Positions 45,325 through 56,642 of a stretch of 64,000 nucleotides of DNA are shown here, in pieces (positions within the stretch are counted from its first letter, which is position 1; every line of letters starts with the position of its first letter). This stretch comes from the human T2T-CHM13v2.0 reference genome, Homo sapiens. The notes beneath the pieces are model-generated. The model made no database searches and was not told the origin of the DNA. It saw only the letters and a list, made by a program, of their open reading frames with translations. The stretch lies in assembly GCF_009914755.1 (NCBI RefSeq), contig NC_060944.1. One strand, 5' to 3'. Both the position numbers and the translations under genes were made by a program.

Positions 45325-47017
45325 GAGAACTACAAACTACTGCCCAATGAAATAAAAGAGGAAACAAACAAATGCAAGAACATTCCATGCTCATGGATAG
45401 GAAGAATCAATATTGTGAAAATGGCCATACTGCCCAAGGTAATTTATAGATTTAATGCCATCCCCACCAATCTATCAATGACTTTCTTCACAGAATCGGA
45501 AAAAACTACTTTAAAGTTCATATGGAACCAAAAAAGAGCCTGCATTGCCAAGTCAATCCTAAGCCAAAAGAACAAAGCTGGAGGCATCACACTACCTGAC
45601 TTCGAATTATACTACAAGTTTACAGTAACCAAAACAGCATGGTACTGGTACCAAAACAGAGATATAGACCAATGGAACAGAACAGAGGCTTCAGAAATAA
45701 TACCACACATCTACAACCATCTGATCTTTGACAAACCTGACAAAAACAAGAAATGGGGAAAGGATTCCCTACTTAATAAATGGTGCTGGGAAAACTGGCT
45801 AGCCATATGTAGAAAGCTGAAACTGGATCCCTTCCTTACACCCTGTACAAAAATTAATTCAAGATGGATTAAAGACTTAAATGTTAGACCTAAAACCATA
45901 AAAACCCTAGAAGAAAACCTAGGCAATACCATCCAGGACATAGGCATGGGCAAAGACTTCATGTCCTCCAAAACACCAAAAGCAATGGCAACAAAAGCCA
46001 AAATTGACAAATGGGATCTAATTAAACTAAAGAGCTTCTGCACAGCAAAAGAAACTACCATCAGTGTGAACAGGCAACCTACAAAATGGGAGAAAATTTT
46101 TGCAATCTACCCATCTGACAAAGGGCTAATATCCAGAATCTACAAAGAACTTAAACAAATTTACAAGAAAAAAATCAAACAACCCCATCAACAAGTGGGC
46201 AAAGGATATGAACAGACACTTCTCAAAAGAAGATATTTATGCAGCCAACAGACATGTTACAAAATGCTCGTCATTACTGGCCATCAGAGAAATGCAAATC
46301 AAAACTATAATGAGATACTATCTCCCACCAGTTAGAATGGCAATCATTAAAAAGTCAGGAAACAACAGGTGCTGGAGAAGATGTGGAGAAATAGGAACAC
46401 TTTTACACTGTTGGCGGGACTGTAAACTGGTTCAACCATTGTGGAAGACAGTGTGACGATTCCTCAAGGATCTGGAACTAGAAATACCATTTGACCCAGC
46501 CATCCCATTACTGGGTATATACCCAAAGGATTCTAAATCATGCTGCTATAAAGACACATGCACACAAATGTTTATTGCGGCACTATTCACAATAGCAAAG
46601 ACTTGGAACCAACCCAAATGTCCATCAATGATAGTCTGGATTCAGAAAATGTGGCACATATACACCATGGAATACTATGCAGCCATAAAAAAAAAGGATG
46701 AGTTCATGTCCTTTGTAGGGACATGGATAAAGCTGGAAACCAGCATTCTGAGCAAACTATTGCAAGGATAGAAAACCAAACACCGCAGGTTCTCACTCAT
46801 AGGTGGCAATTGAACAATGAGAACACTTGGACACAGGGTGGGGAACATCACACACTGGGGCCTGTCATGGGAGGGATAGCATTAGGAGATATACCTAATA
46901 TAAATGACGAGTTACTGGGTGCAGCACACCAACATGGCACATGTATACATATGTAACAAACCTGCACATTGTGCACATGTACCCTAGAACTTAAAGTATA
47001 ATAATAATAATAATAAT
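45325..47017 (+). mobile_element. 5'-truncated L1PA (approx. L1PA5-7): ORF2 C-terminal part plus 3' UTR
   Basis: ORF 45415-46335 translates to L1 ORF2p ([16 protein letters not shown]...[10 protein letters not shown]); frameshift near 46170 into the [15 protein letters not shown] cysteine-rich domain; (AAT)n tail; TSD AAAAGGGAATA at 45314-45324 and 47018-47028. Confidence 0.95.
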
Positions 47018-47319
47018 AAAAGGGAATAAAGTCAAAGCTGGTGACTATGAGAATAAAATGTCAGTCCAGATTAAAGGAACAATTAATGATGACTGGAAGC
47101 TGAGAGGATGTTCAATCATGAGCTGCACAACCTAGAGCTCACCAGAGTCATTAGCTTTGGATGGGTTCTTAGAACTTCCAGGGAATCAGAGAAGGGCCTG
47201 GAGATTAGAAATGGGCTGCACATACTGTATGTTTCACAAGCGTTAATTTTATGTGCTTTCAGAAAGGATGTCATTCTAGTCAACATTGTGAAAGGATACA
47301 TCATTGGTGATTCTTTTTT

Positions 47320-48110
47320 TTTTTTTCATTTTTTTCTTACTTTTAACTGACAAGTGAAAATTGCTTATATTTATGGTATATAACGTGTTGATATACATAT
47401 ACATTGTGGAATGGCTAAATCAATCTATTTAGCATATTCATTATTCATTCTTTATGTGACTATAATATGTTAAAGACACAAGGAATACAATCACAGTTAC
47501 TTGTTTTAACGACTTTATTACGGGTATATTTGCATACCATAGACTTTACCCATTTTTAGGATACAAATGAGTGATTTTTAGTAAACTTGCTGAGTTGAGC
47601 AACATCACCATTATCCAGTTTTCTAACATTTTCATCATCCCAATAAAATCCCTAATGCCTGTTTATAGTTATTCCCATTTCCACCTCTAATCCCAGGCCA
47701 CTACTAATCTGCTTGTCCCCATAGATTTGTCTTCTCTGGATATTTTTTAGAAGTAGTGGCATACTGTATGTTGTCTTTTATGTCTGACTTCTTCCACCTA
47801 TGTCATGCTTTTGAGGCTCATTCATATGGCACATGTACCAATTTTGTATTCCTTTTTATTGCTTAATAGTAATTTATTGTATGGATATACTATATTTTGT
47901 CTGTCTAGTCATCATCTGATGGACATTAAGTTGTTTGCATTTTTAGCAATTATGAATAATGCTTCTATAAATATTCACTTTCAAGTCTTTGTGTGGACAT
48001 ATGTTTCTTCTAGGGTAGACATTTAGGGGAGAAATTGCTAGATCATATGGTAAATTTATGTTTAACTTTTAAACAAACTTCCCATTTTCCATAATGGCAG
48101 TACTGCGATA
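47320..48110 (-). mobile_element. Old L1M 3' fragments
   Basis: ATACATTGTGGAATGGCTAAATCAA; CCTTTTTATTGCT.AATAGTA, ATGAATAATGCT.CTAT, TTGCTAGATCATATGGTA. Confidence 0.7.
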
Positions 48111-49029
48111 GTACTTTGAAGCTGCCTACTGCATCTCCTTTAAGAATATAGAAGTATTGTGCTAGGTGCTGGCATATAAAGATGAACAAGTCAGTTTCTG
48201 CCCATAAGCATTATACAGTCTAATAGCCAAAATAATTATAGATATAATTACAAAGTTGAGGAAATGAAGTCGCTTCCTTTTCTGTCTAACTAGTAGAGTC
48301 TACTGGGGTTTTACATAATTAAGATTGTCTGAAACCAAAACAGAGAAAGCTAAAGGCTTCTTCCTTTCAGACACGTATTAAGTACTTGATATATTTCTGA
48401 CAGAAATCAGAGCTAAAGATGGCCTTCTGCCAGAAGTTGAGTTCAGCTGCATGAAACAGAAAATCCCACATAATGAGAGCTTAAAGAAATAAAGGATTAT
48501 TTTTCTGTGATACAACTTGAAACCTAAAGGTAAGCAATTCAGGGCTGGGACTACCTCTCTCTAAAGTCATCTGAGATTCAGAAGTCTTTCAGGTTTGGGC
48601 TCCACATTCACAGGATCAGGCCCTTGTCTTCACACTTATAAAATGAGGGATAGAGCTCCAGCCTTTACATCATCATTCCAGGCAGTAAAAAGGAGAAACA
48701 GTCAAGAGCAGAAGAGTTTGTGCCTGTTGAAGTTTGCTGGCTGGGTTACTTGAATTGCCTCCCTGGAACTTCCATAGAAGACTTCCCTTACATCACTGTC
48801 AAGTATTGGATCATGTAGCTACCTGGTCTTCAAGGGAGGCTGGCACATTAGTATTGCAGCTGGACATGCTCTTGCCCCAGTAAAGCAGGAGTCCATTGGT
48901 GAGGAAGAAGAGAATAGGTATTGTGTGGACAACCCACAGCCCTGACTTCTAGGAGTAAGTAATCAAGCAAGGGAAAGAGTATGCCAAAGAAGCCTGGTGC
49001 ACAGGAGGTCTTCTGTAGTCCTTAATTTG

Positions 49030-49525
49030 GACCCTATTCCCCTAAAGCTGAACTTGTGACAGAGACTTGGGAGCATGTAATTTATTTGAGAGGTGATCCT
49101 GGGAAACAGGTCTGAGGGCTTAGAGAGAATGAGATGGATACGGAGCAAAAGCCAATTATAAGACACATTATCAAGCAGTTGCAGTAGGTGATGGAGGTTC
49201 AGGGGATATCTGGGAAGCATACACAGCATCTGCCATTGTCCACCTGCAGGATGGGGGAGCTGAAGAATGTATCTATTGCCTCTGGCCCTCATTAGTTGAG
49301 CGTTGCCCCTGGGGTCATTTACTCCCCCCTCATTTCCAGGTTGAACTTTGTCAGATGAGGAATGCCACACACACACACACCAGGGAAGACTCTGGGGCAG
49401 AATGTGTTCGTCACCCTTAAAGTGGCACCCTGGCAGTGTAAGTTGAATCTGAGCTCCCACGGAACTGGGGGAGCTGTCCAGCAAACGGCTGTTGAAATCA
49501 GAGGTAAGCTGGGTGCAGGGACACA
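49030..49525 (-). mobile_element. LTR16/LTR33-like ERVL LTR
   Basis: GACTTGGG.GCATGTAATTTATTTGAGAGGTGATCC.GGGAA.CA motif typical of antisense LTR16-group elements. Confidence 0.5.
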
Positions 49526-49679
49526 GGCATCAGCAGCATCTGCCCCTCATGAAAAGTTCATATTTATAATAAAATCTAATCGTTGTGTTCTAACATGACT
49601 GCTGGCCAAACTGTCCCCCTTTTCGTGGCATGGATGTGACCTCTAATTATGCAATATTCTGCATGTCATTTTTAAAACA

Positions 49680-50047
49680 GCTTTGTTGAGATAGCGTCAA
49701 TATACCATACAATTCACCTAAAGTGGACAATTCAATGGATTTTTAGTGTATTTTAGTATTTTCACTAATGACTAATCATATTGAGTCTTTTTTCATGTGC
49801 TTGTTGGACATGTGATATCTTCCTCGGTGAAATGTCTATTCAAATCCTTTGCTTCCAATCATTAAATTGGGCAATATGTCTTTTTGTTATAATATTAAAT
49901 TGTAAATGTTCTCTATGTATTCCAGATACATGTCCCTTATCAGATATCTGATTTGTAATTACTTTCTCCCATTCTTTGTGTTGTCTTCTCATTTTTGTGG
50001 CATCTTTTAAAACACAAAAGTTGTTAATTTTGAGGAAGTCCAATTTA
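49680..50047 (-). mobile_element. L1M fragment
   Basis: GAAATGTCTATTCAAATCCTTTGC, GTCCCTTATCAGATAT, AAAAGTT.TTAATTTTGA.GAAGTCCAATTTA. Confidence 0.75.
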
Positions 50048-50355
50048 CTTTTTTTTTTTTTTTTTTGAGACAGTGTCTCGTTCGCTCTGTTGCCCAGGCT
50101 GGAGTGCAGTGGTGCAATCTCAGCTCACTACAACCTCTGATACCTGGGTTCAAGCAATTCTCTTGTCTCAGCCACTCGAGTAGCTGGGATTATAGGCGTG
50201 CACCACCACACCTGGCTAATTTTTGTATTATTAGTAGAGGAGACAGGGTTTTGCCATGTTGGCCAGGCTGGTCTTAAACTCCTGACCTCAGGTGATCCAC
50301 CTGCCTCAGCCTCCCAAAGTGCTAGGATTACAGGCATGAGCCACCATGCCTGGCC
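50048..50355 (-). mobile_element. Alu (AluSx-like)
   Basis: Full Alu in reverse with poly-T. Confidence 0.93.
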
Positions 50356-51816
50356 CACTTTTTTTTTCTCTTGTTGCTTGTGCTTTTGAGAGTGGGGAAG
50401 GAGTACTGAACCCTGTCAGCTTGTCAGCAAGGAGAAAGGGTGGTAAATTAGTGTATGAAATTTAAGAAAAGCTGTAAAAAATAGTTGACATTTAAGCTGG
50501 ATCTTGAAGAATAAGGAGGGTATACCAGTCACAAAATTGAGGAAGAGCTTTTCAGGCAAAGAGACCACCTGGGTTCATTATCTCCTAGAATAAGAATCTC
50601 CTTGTTACATTTATTATAACTGATTCAAAACAGACACCCCCACATATGCCAACAACATACGGTAAACACTGACAGAGACTGTCATGTCCTACAATTGTTA
50701 TTAATAAAGCCAATTCATTCATGCAAGATTCAGTTAAAACGTAATGCTGCATCTGTGCAACTCCCCCAGGAAAGTGGGAAGTAGTGTTTGGAGAAGACCA
50801 AATAAACACTCATGAGTGATGATGATACCTCTGAGGACACAGATTTTAAGTACTAGGTCCCAGCTGCTCTCTTTGAAGGATGCACACGACCAGAGAATGA
50901 AAGCAGGAAAAGGTGGTCAGTGCTCAGCACGTGCCAAGCACAGAGCAGGAAAAGACCTAGTAGATAATGAATGGTCCCTGCCTTATAGTCTAGCTTTACA
51001 TGTATGACTCATGCCCTTGAAACCACAGACTGGATGTGACCCTGAGGGTAAGAGAAGTTCCCAAAAGGATTAAGAATGTGTTTTTTTCCAACCTAGAAGA
51101 ATGGTGGCTTGGCATCAGAAATTAAGTCGTTCTGTTGAAAATAAACAGAAGTGGAAATGTATATTCAGGGCAACTTAAACTCATGCTCTTGACAAAATAT
51201 TTTTTTAAAAAAAGCAAATAAACAAAAGTATTTCTCATGCCCCTCAGTTCATAGACAGAAACTCATACCAACAGGCTTTTTTTTTATTTTAGTAAGAACT
51301 GCCAAATGGTGAAACTATTCACAAACACTAGAAATGCATGAGAGTGTCCTCCCGATATTCTTACCTGAATTTTGCATCTTTTTATCTCTTGTCAATCTAG
51401 CTGGGAAAACGATATTAAAATCTCATTTTGACTGGCATTTCCCCAACTTCCTAGATGGCTTCACATCTTTTCATGTTTATTAACCATTTGCATCTTCTCT
51501 TCAGTAAATTATTATTTATATCCTTTGCCCAATTTTCTTAGGGGTAATTTATCTTTTTCTAATTAATGTGAAAGTAGTCTTTGTATGTAAGAGATAGTAA
51601 CTTTACCTATAGCAAATATTTTCATTCTGTTTTTCTTTTAACTTAGTTCAGGGTGTTTTTCCATACTAAATTTTGGATTGCTCATCTTGCTTAAGATCTT
51701 TCCACCCCAAGGATCCTAAGTTTTCTTCTATTTCCATATGCATATTTTTAATATTTCTCACACCTACACACACATACATAGTTACATGGAGAGATGGATC
51801 ATTAATTCACCTAGAA

Positions 51817-51822
<6 letters not shown>

Positions 51823-51855
<33 letters not shown>
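51823..51855. repeat. (TG)n microsatellite ~1.9 kb upstream of the MC3R CDS
   Basis: Direct reading. Confidence 0.95.
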
Positions 51856-51857
<2 letters not shown>

Positions 51858-52049
51858 GGATGAGAAGACTCAGTGTTTTCTGAGTTCATATGATCTACAT
51901 GGGGAATCAGATCTAACATGGACCAAGTGTTAAACCATACTTCCAAGAACAACACTACATTAGTAGGCCACCTGCTAACTTCTGCCTTTCACATTTTCCA
52001 GCTTAAAACATCTCCATCCTCCCCATTATGTAAGAAAGAAGTACAGGTG

Positions 52050-53030
52050 TTTCTGACTGCTCCCTCTCCCATGATCCCATAACCCATCAGTTCTGAAGCT
52101 GCATTATCCAACCTTCTGAATCTCTCTGACCACCCTCCAAGTCTTCCAAGTCCCCATGGCCACTCCCTTGCTCCAGGCCACCATCATCTCACCCTGGGTC
52201 TTTGCAACACCCTCTGCCCCGGACTCCCTGGCCTACATGCTCAGTCTGTCTAATTCATTCTCCACCCTGCAACCAGGAATATTTCTAAAATGCAGACCCC
52301 ATCTCATTCCTGCCCTACCTATGTTTCTTCCACAGTCCCCATTGCTGTCAAGGTACTGTCCAAATTCTCACATCTGGCTGAGGCTGTCCTTCAGGATTCA
52401 GGCACCTCTCAACTTTTTAAGAAACTGTGCAGCCTCATTTCTCAGATTGTGTCTCCTATTTCCATGCTCTGACCAGAGCAGACTACTTTCAGCACTTTCA
52501 AAAGCCCAAGATTCTTTTTCAGTGGAGCTCAACTGTGACTATGCCCCAGCTCACCTGTCAAAAATTGCAAACACACTTGTTCAGGTCTTACACCTGGGTG
52601 ATTCTGACTCCGCGGGTCAAATGGGATCTCCACATCCACAATCTGTGATGACTTCTATGGCCAGGGTGCTCTCTGCCTCCAGGCTGCAGACGTGTGATTC
52701 CCTCTGCCTGGAGTCCTCTTCTACCTCCTCCAGCTCCAGCCCCCACCCCACCACCCACCCCAAACTGGATATGACCTCTTCCTCCTTGAAGTCAAAGCAT
52801 AGGTGCTCCTTCCTCCAGGAACTTTGACAGTCCGGATTAGGGCTCTTCCTCTTTGCATCCCTGGTTTCCTGGACTTTCCTGATTCAAGCATTTATTGATT
52901 CCTCTTCTTCCACCCCAGACTCTGAGTTCGGGGAAGCCTGAGATAGTGGCTGTTGTCTTGCTCACCACTGTATTTCCTGCACTCAGCAGAGACCTGACAC
53001 ATAGTAGGCGCTCAATAAATGTTTGCTAAA
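52050..53030 (+). mobile_element. Degraded L2 fragments ending just upstream of the MC3R promoter
   Basis: CCAGGCCACCATCATCTC.CC.TGG; 3' end CCTGACACATAGTAGGCGCTCAATAAATGTTTG. Confidence 0.65.
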
Positions 53031-53361
53031 CAACAACAACAAATGAATGAACTAACAAATAAACAAACAAATGAACAGATGAGTGGATGCCTGTGGCAGT
53101 TTCCATGACAAACACAAAGGGCTAAGCCAAGCCAGCAAGCAGACAGCCGTGCGGCCTGCAGAGGGCACTAGTCTGCTTCTTAATCTCCCTGCAGAATCCT
53201 CAGGGCCAGGTACCTGCTGTCAGTCAGAGAGGTGCCCGATGCTCAGTGGTCATTCTGCTGCGCTGAAGATTAAGTAGGAGTTGTTTGCCCTTGGCCAATA
53301 TGAAAAACCTGAGTGTTCTCCCTTCACTTCTAGCGACAAGTAACACATCCCCTGTCTTGCC

Positions 53362-53445
53362 ATGAAAAGAGCTGTAACTGTAGCAGCCGGTGGCAGGTTT
53401 TCTGTTCCCAGGTGGGGAAGTGAGGAGAGACAAACAGAGGGGTGA
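53362..53445 (+). other. Upstream ORF (27 aa, MKRAVTVAAGGRFSVPRWGSEERQTEG) in the putative MC3R 5' exon
   Basis: GCCATG context; TGA at 53443-53445 lies before the splice donor at 53471. Whether it is in the mRNA depends on the TSS. Confidence 0.55.
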
Positions 53446-53470
53446 GAGGGAGACAGAAGGAAGACAGCTG

Positions 53471-53718
53471 GTAAGAGACCCTATGGTGTATTTTTTCTAT
53501 GTAAACAAGATAAAAACTGCTCCTCCTGGAACAGCAAAGTTCTCCCTATGTCTCCAAGCTACAAACTTGCATGCTAGCTACTAACTAGCTACTCTCCCTC
53601 TCTCTCTCTCTTCCCCCTTCGCTCTTTCTCTCTGTGTGTATGTCTCTCTCTCTCTCTGTCTCTTCCTCCACCCTCTCTCACTATCTGTCTCTCTACCCTC
53701 CCCATCCTTTTATTCTAG
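53471..53718 (+). other. MC3R: MC3R 5'-UTR intron (248 nt)
   Basis: Donor CTG|GTAAGA, TACTAAC at 53579-53585, long CT tract, acceptor TTTTATTCTAG|. Consistent with my recollection that human MC3R has a spliced 5' UTR. Confidence 0.8.
53491..53516 (+). promoter_or_regulatory. Forkhead (TGTAAACA) + GATA (AGATAA) composite element, copy 1 of an exact 26-bp repeat
   Basis: TTTTTTCTATGTAAACAAGATAAAAA; identical to 56617-56642. Confidence 0.6.
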
Positions 53719-53746
53719 AGGAGAATAAACTCTAAGTCCAGATTGA

Positions 53747-54829
53747 ATGAGCATCCAAAAGACGTATCTGGAGGGAGATTTTGTCTTTCCTGTGAGCAGC
53801 AGCAGCTTCCTACGGACCCTGCTGGAGCCCCAGCTCGGATCAGCCCTTCTGACAGCAATGAATGCTTCGTGCTGCCTGCCCTCTGTTCAGCCAACACTGC
53901 CTAATGGCTCGGAGCACCTCCAAGCCCCTTTCTTCAGCAACCAGAGCAGCAGCGCCTTCTGTGAGCAGGTCTTCATCAAGCCCGAGGTTTTCCTGTCTCT
54001 GGGCATCGTCAGTCTGCTGGAAAACATCCTGGTTATCCTGGCCGTGGTCAGGAACGGCAACCTGCACTCCCCGATGTACTTCTTTCTCTGCAGCCTGGCG
54101 GTGGCCGACATGCTGGTAAGTGTGTCCAATGCCCTGGAGACCATCATGATCGCCATCGTCCACAGCGACTACCTGACCTTCGAGGACCAGTTTATCCAGC
54201 ACATGGACAACATCTTCGACTCCATGATCTGCATCTCCCTGGTGGCCTCCATCTGCAACCTCCTGGCCATCGCCGTCGACAGGTACGTCACCATCTTTTA
54301 CGCGCTCCGCTACCACAGCATCATGACCGTGAGGAAGGCCCTCACCTTGATCGTGGCCATCTGGGTCTGCTGCGGCGTCTGTGGCGTGGTGTTCATCGTC
54401 TACTCGGAGAGCAAAATGGTCATTGTGTGCCTCATCACCATGTTCTTCGCCATGATGCTCCTCATGGGCACCCTCTACGTGCACATGTTCCTCTTTGCGC
54501 GGCTGCACGTCAAGCGCATAGCAGCACTGCCACCTGCCGACGGGGTGGCCCCACAGCAACACTCATGCATGAAGGGGGCAGTCACCATCACCATTCTCCT
54601 GGGCGTGTTCATCTTCTGCTGGGCCCCCTTCTTCCTCCACCTGGTCCTCATCATCACCTGCCCCACCAACCCCTACTGCATCTGCTACACTGCCCACTTC
54701 AACACCTACCTGGTCCTCATCATGTGCAACTCCGTCATCGACCCACTCATCTACGCTTTCCGGAGCCTGGAATTGCGCAACACCTTTAGGGAGATTCTCT
54801 GTGGCTGCAACGGCATGAACTTGGGATAG
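53747..54829 (+). CDS. MC3R: Melanocortin-3 receptor (class A GPCR); 360 aa from the first ATG, 323 aa from the in-frame ATG at 53858 (MNASCC...), the likely main start
   Basis: Uninterrupted ORF with 7 hydrophobic segments and melanocortin-receptor motifs [32 protein letters not shown] and DPLIYAF. N-terminal [19 protein letters not shown] and C-terminal CGCNGMNLG are recognised as human MC3R. Confidence 0.99.
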   Translation: MSIQKTYLEGDFVFPVSSSSFLRTLLEPQLGSALLTAMNASCCLPSVQPTLPNGSEHLQAPFFSNQSSSAFCEQVFIKPEVFLSLGIVSLLENILVILAVVRNGNLHSPMYFFLCSLAVADMLVSVSNALETIMIAIVHSDYLTFEDQFIQHMDNIFDSMICISLVASICNLLAIAVDRYVTIFYALRYHSIMTVRKALTLIVAIWVCCGVCGVVFIVYSESKMVIVCLITMFFAMMLLMGTLYVHMFLFARLHVKRIAALPPADGVAPQQHSCMKGAVTITILLGVFIFCWAPFFLHLVLIITCPTNPYCICYTAHFNTYLVLIMCNSVIDPLIYAFRSLELRNTFREILCGCNGMNLG

Positions 54830-54921
54830 GATGCAGGGCCATGGAAATGATCATCAGTCGGGTCACTTTTGACTTTCCATCCACGTGAGGTGTTTAGAAA
54901 GAAAAATATATATACTTAGAA

Positions 54922-54970
54922 AATATAAAAATGTGTTAACAGCCATGATTGTACTTGTCGTTTGTTTTTA
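54922..54970 (+). terminator. Candidate non-canonical poly(A) signal for MC3R
   Basis: Overlapping AATATA/TATAAA at 54922-54929, then GU/U-rich TGTACTTGTCGTTTGTTTTT. I saw no AATAAA close to the stop codon. Confidence 0.45.
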
Positions 54971-55715
54971 AGTTTACAAAGCCTTTTAAAGGGGAAAATT
55001 GGTGAACAACAGATTCTCTGAAAGGATTCCAAGATGGGTAAGTCACAAACTCTGATTTCCCAAATAGTCACTGGGAGAAATCAGCGAAGGCTTCTCTGCA
55101 TGCTCTCTGCACTCATTTCCAAACACCCAGGGTGTGCGACGCCTGTCTGCTCATCTGCTCCACACCCACGTCTTCATGCTCCAGGCCAGACCAGACTGAA
55201 GGATTCTCATGAACAATAAGGGTGGTTCAGATCTCTTGCAAGCAAACCTGTTACAGCTACGACCTCCTGCTGCCAGCTACACGGAGAGATAGCTTTGCAC
55301 TTATAACTCCGTAGGAGACTGAGTTCTACTCTATTATTCTATTTACAGTTAGACAATTGTCTCTTTGTGAAAGGAGCAATGCTATGCCGTTTTCCCCTTT
55401 TCTTACCCCCATATCCCTTCAGTTGTCCCCACCCCCAAAGGTAGCATGAGGATGTAACCCACTTCTATTTTTCTGTTGTTGTGTTGGTGTGTGTTGTTGT
55501 TTTGTTTTTATGGATTAAATCTAAGACAACCTTCAAAACTCTAACGAAAGAGAGAAAGTGCTTTGGACAATCAGAATATACTTGTGTACGTGTATTTTGA
55601 TACCTTGCTATTTTAAGGTATAGATTAATCTTTTTAAAATAACTTCTTTTTTTCTATCATTTACTTTTAGCCTTTAAAACAAGAAAGGAAATCATGGGTT
55701 GGGGTACATGTATAT

Positions 55716-55717
<2 letters not shown>

Positions 55718-55749
<32 letters not shown>
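55718..55749. repeat. (GT)n microsatellite downstream of MC3R
   Basis: Direct reading. Confidence 0.95.
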
Positions 55750-55751
<2 letters not shown>

Positions 55752-56616
55752 CACAAGAAATTGCTTTACTGTAGCTTAAGATAGTTTGAGAAACCGTAGA
55801 ACCACTGTGTGACTTTCTTGGGAGCCCTTGTTTTTGCTTATAGTAATTGCATCTCTATCACAGGACTTCTTCAATATTATCTATGAAAGAGAAAGTTTTT
55901 TTGTTCTTTTCCCTTTTTGCTTGGCATTGTGTTAAAGTTGAGTGACCCTGTTATCAATGTCTATATCCTATCAAGTACAGGAATTCATTCCTGGGAGCAA
56001 AGGGTGAGACTGGCTGACTAGTGCTCGCATTGTCAGATCCTTTTCTGCCCAAGATAACTTCAATTTGTGCTTTCTGGCTGTCCCCATATCTCCCCCTGTC
56101 ACAAATTCTTATATTAAGCTGTGTCTTGGGGTGCAATTGTGTGTTTATCTTGCACTAGCATATACTGGGGTTCTTTAATACTTGAAGATTTTCTGCTAAT
56201 ATAAGCAAAACCATTCCTTTCTTGCTTTGGTTATGATGTTTGGAAATAATAAAAAGCTTTTATGGCTGCTAAACGTGTGTTACATTGAAATACACCCTGG
56301 AATCATTCTGGTGACTCCTGCACACGGCCATGGTATGTTTCACTGCAATTCAGTGATGACTTTGTAAGTGGCATAAACAGCTCCATTGATCACAGTGCTA
56401 GTCTTTTCTAGGGCAATGCCTTTTAGCCAAACTACAAAACTCTCCCATTTAGTTTCCAAAAATACCAGGTTTGTGGTTCCCGGGCCACTGTCGTTCTCCA
56501 TTATTTTAATCAAGACACTAAATTACAGGACTTTCCATGGCCGCTCAGTGGGTAAATGTAGAGAATGGGGAATCTAATTACTTGAAAGTGATATGAATAG
56601 CTATAGGGATTATGTC

Positions 56617-56642
56617 TTTTTTCTATGTAAACAAGATAAAAA
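56617..56642 (+). repeat. Copy 2 of the exact 26-bp FOX/GATA-containing direct repeat
   Basis: TTTTTTCTATGTAAACAAGATAAAAA, identical to 53491-53516. Confidence 0.95.

Noticed and set aside
45415-46335. 306-aa ORF as a cellular gene or active L1
   Set aside because: It is a fragment of L1 ORF2 in a 1.7-kb 5'-truncated, frameshifted copy with no promoter, ORF1, endonuclease or RT core.
52156-52827. 223-aa ORF upstream of MC3R
   Set aside because: Lies in L2/MER5-like decayed repeats; Ser/Leu/Pro-rich with no domain or coding-like composition.
53840-54562. 240-aa antisense ORF and the other overlapping ORFs within MC3R
   Set aside because: Expected shadow of a C-ending, GC3-rich sense ORF with few antisense stops; low-complexity H/D/G product with no recognisable domain.
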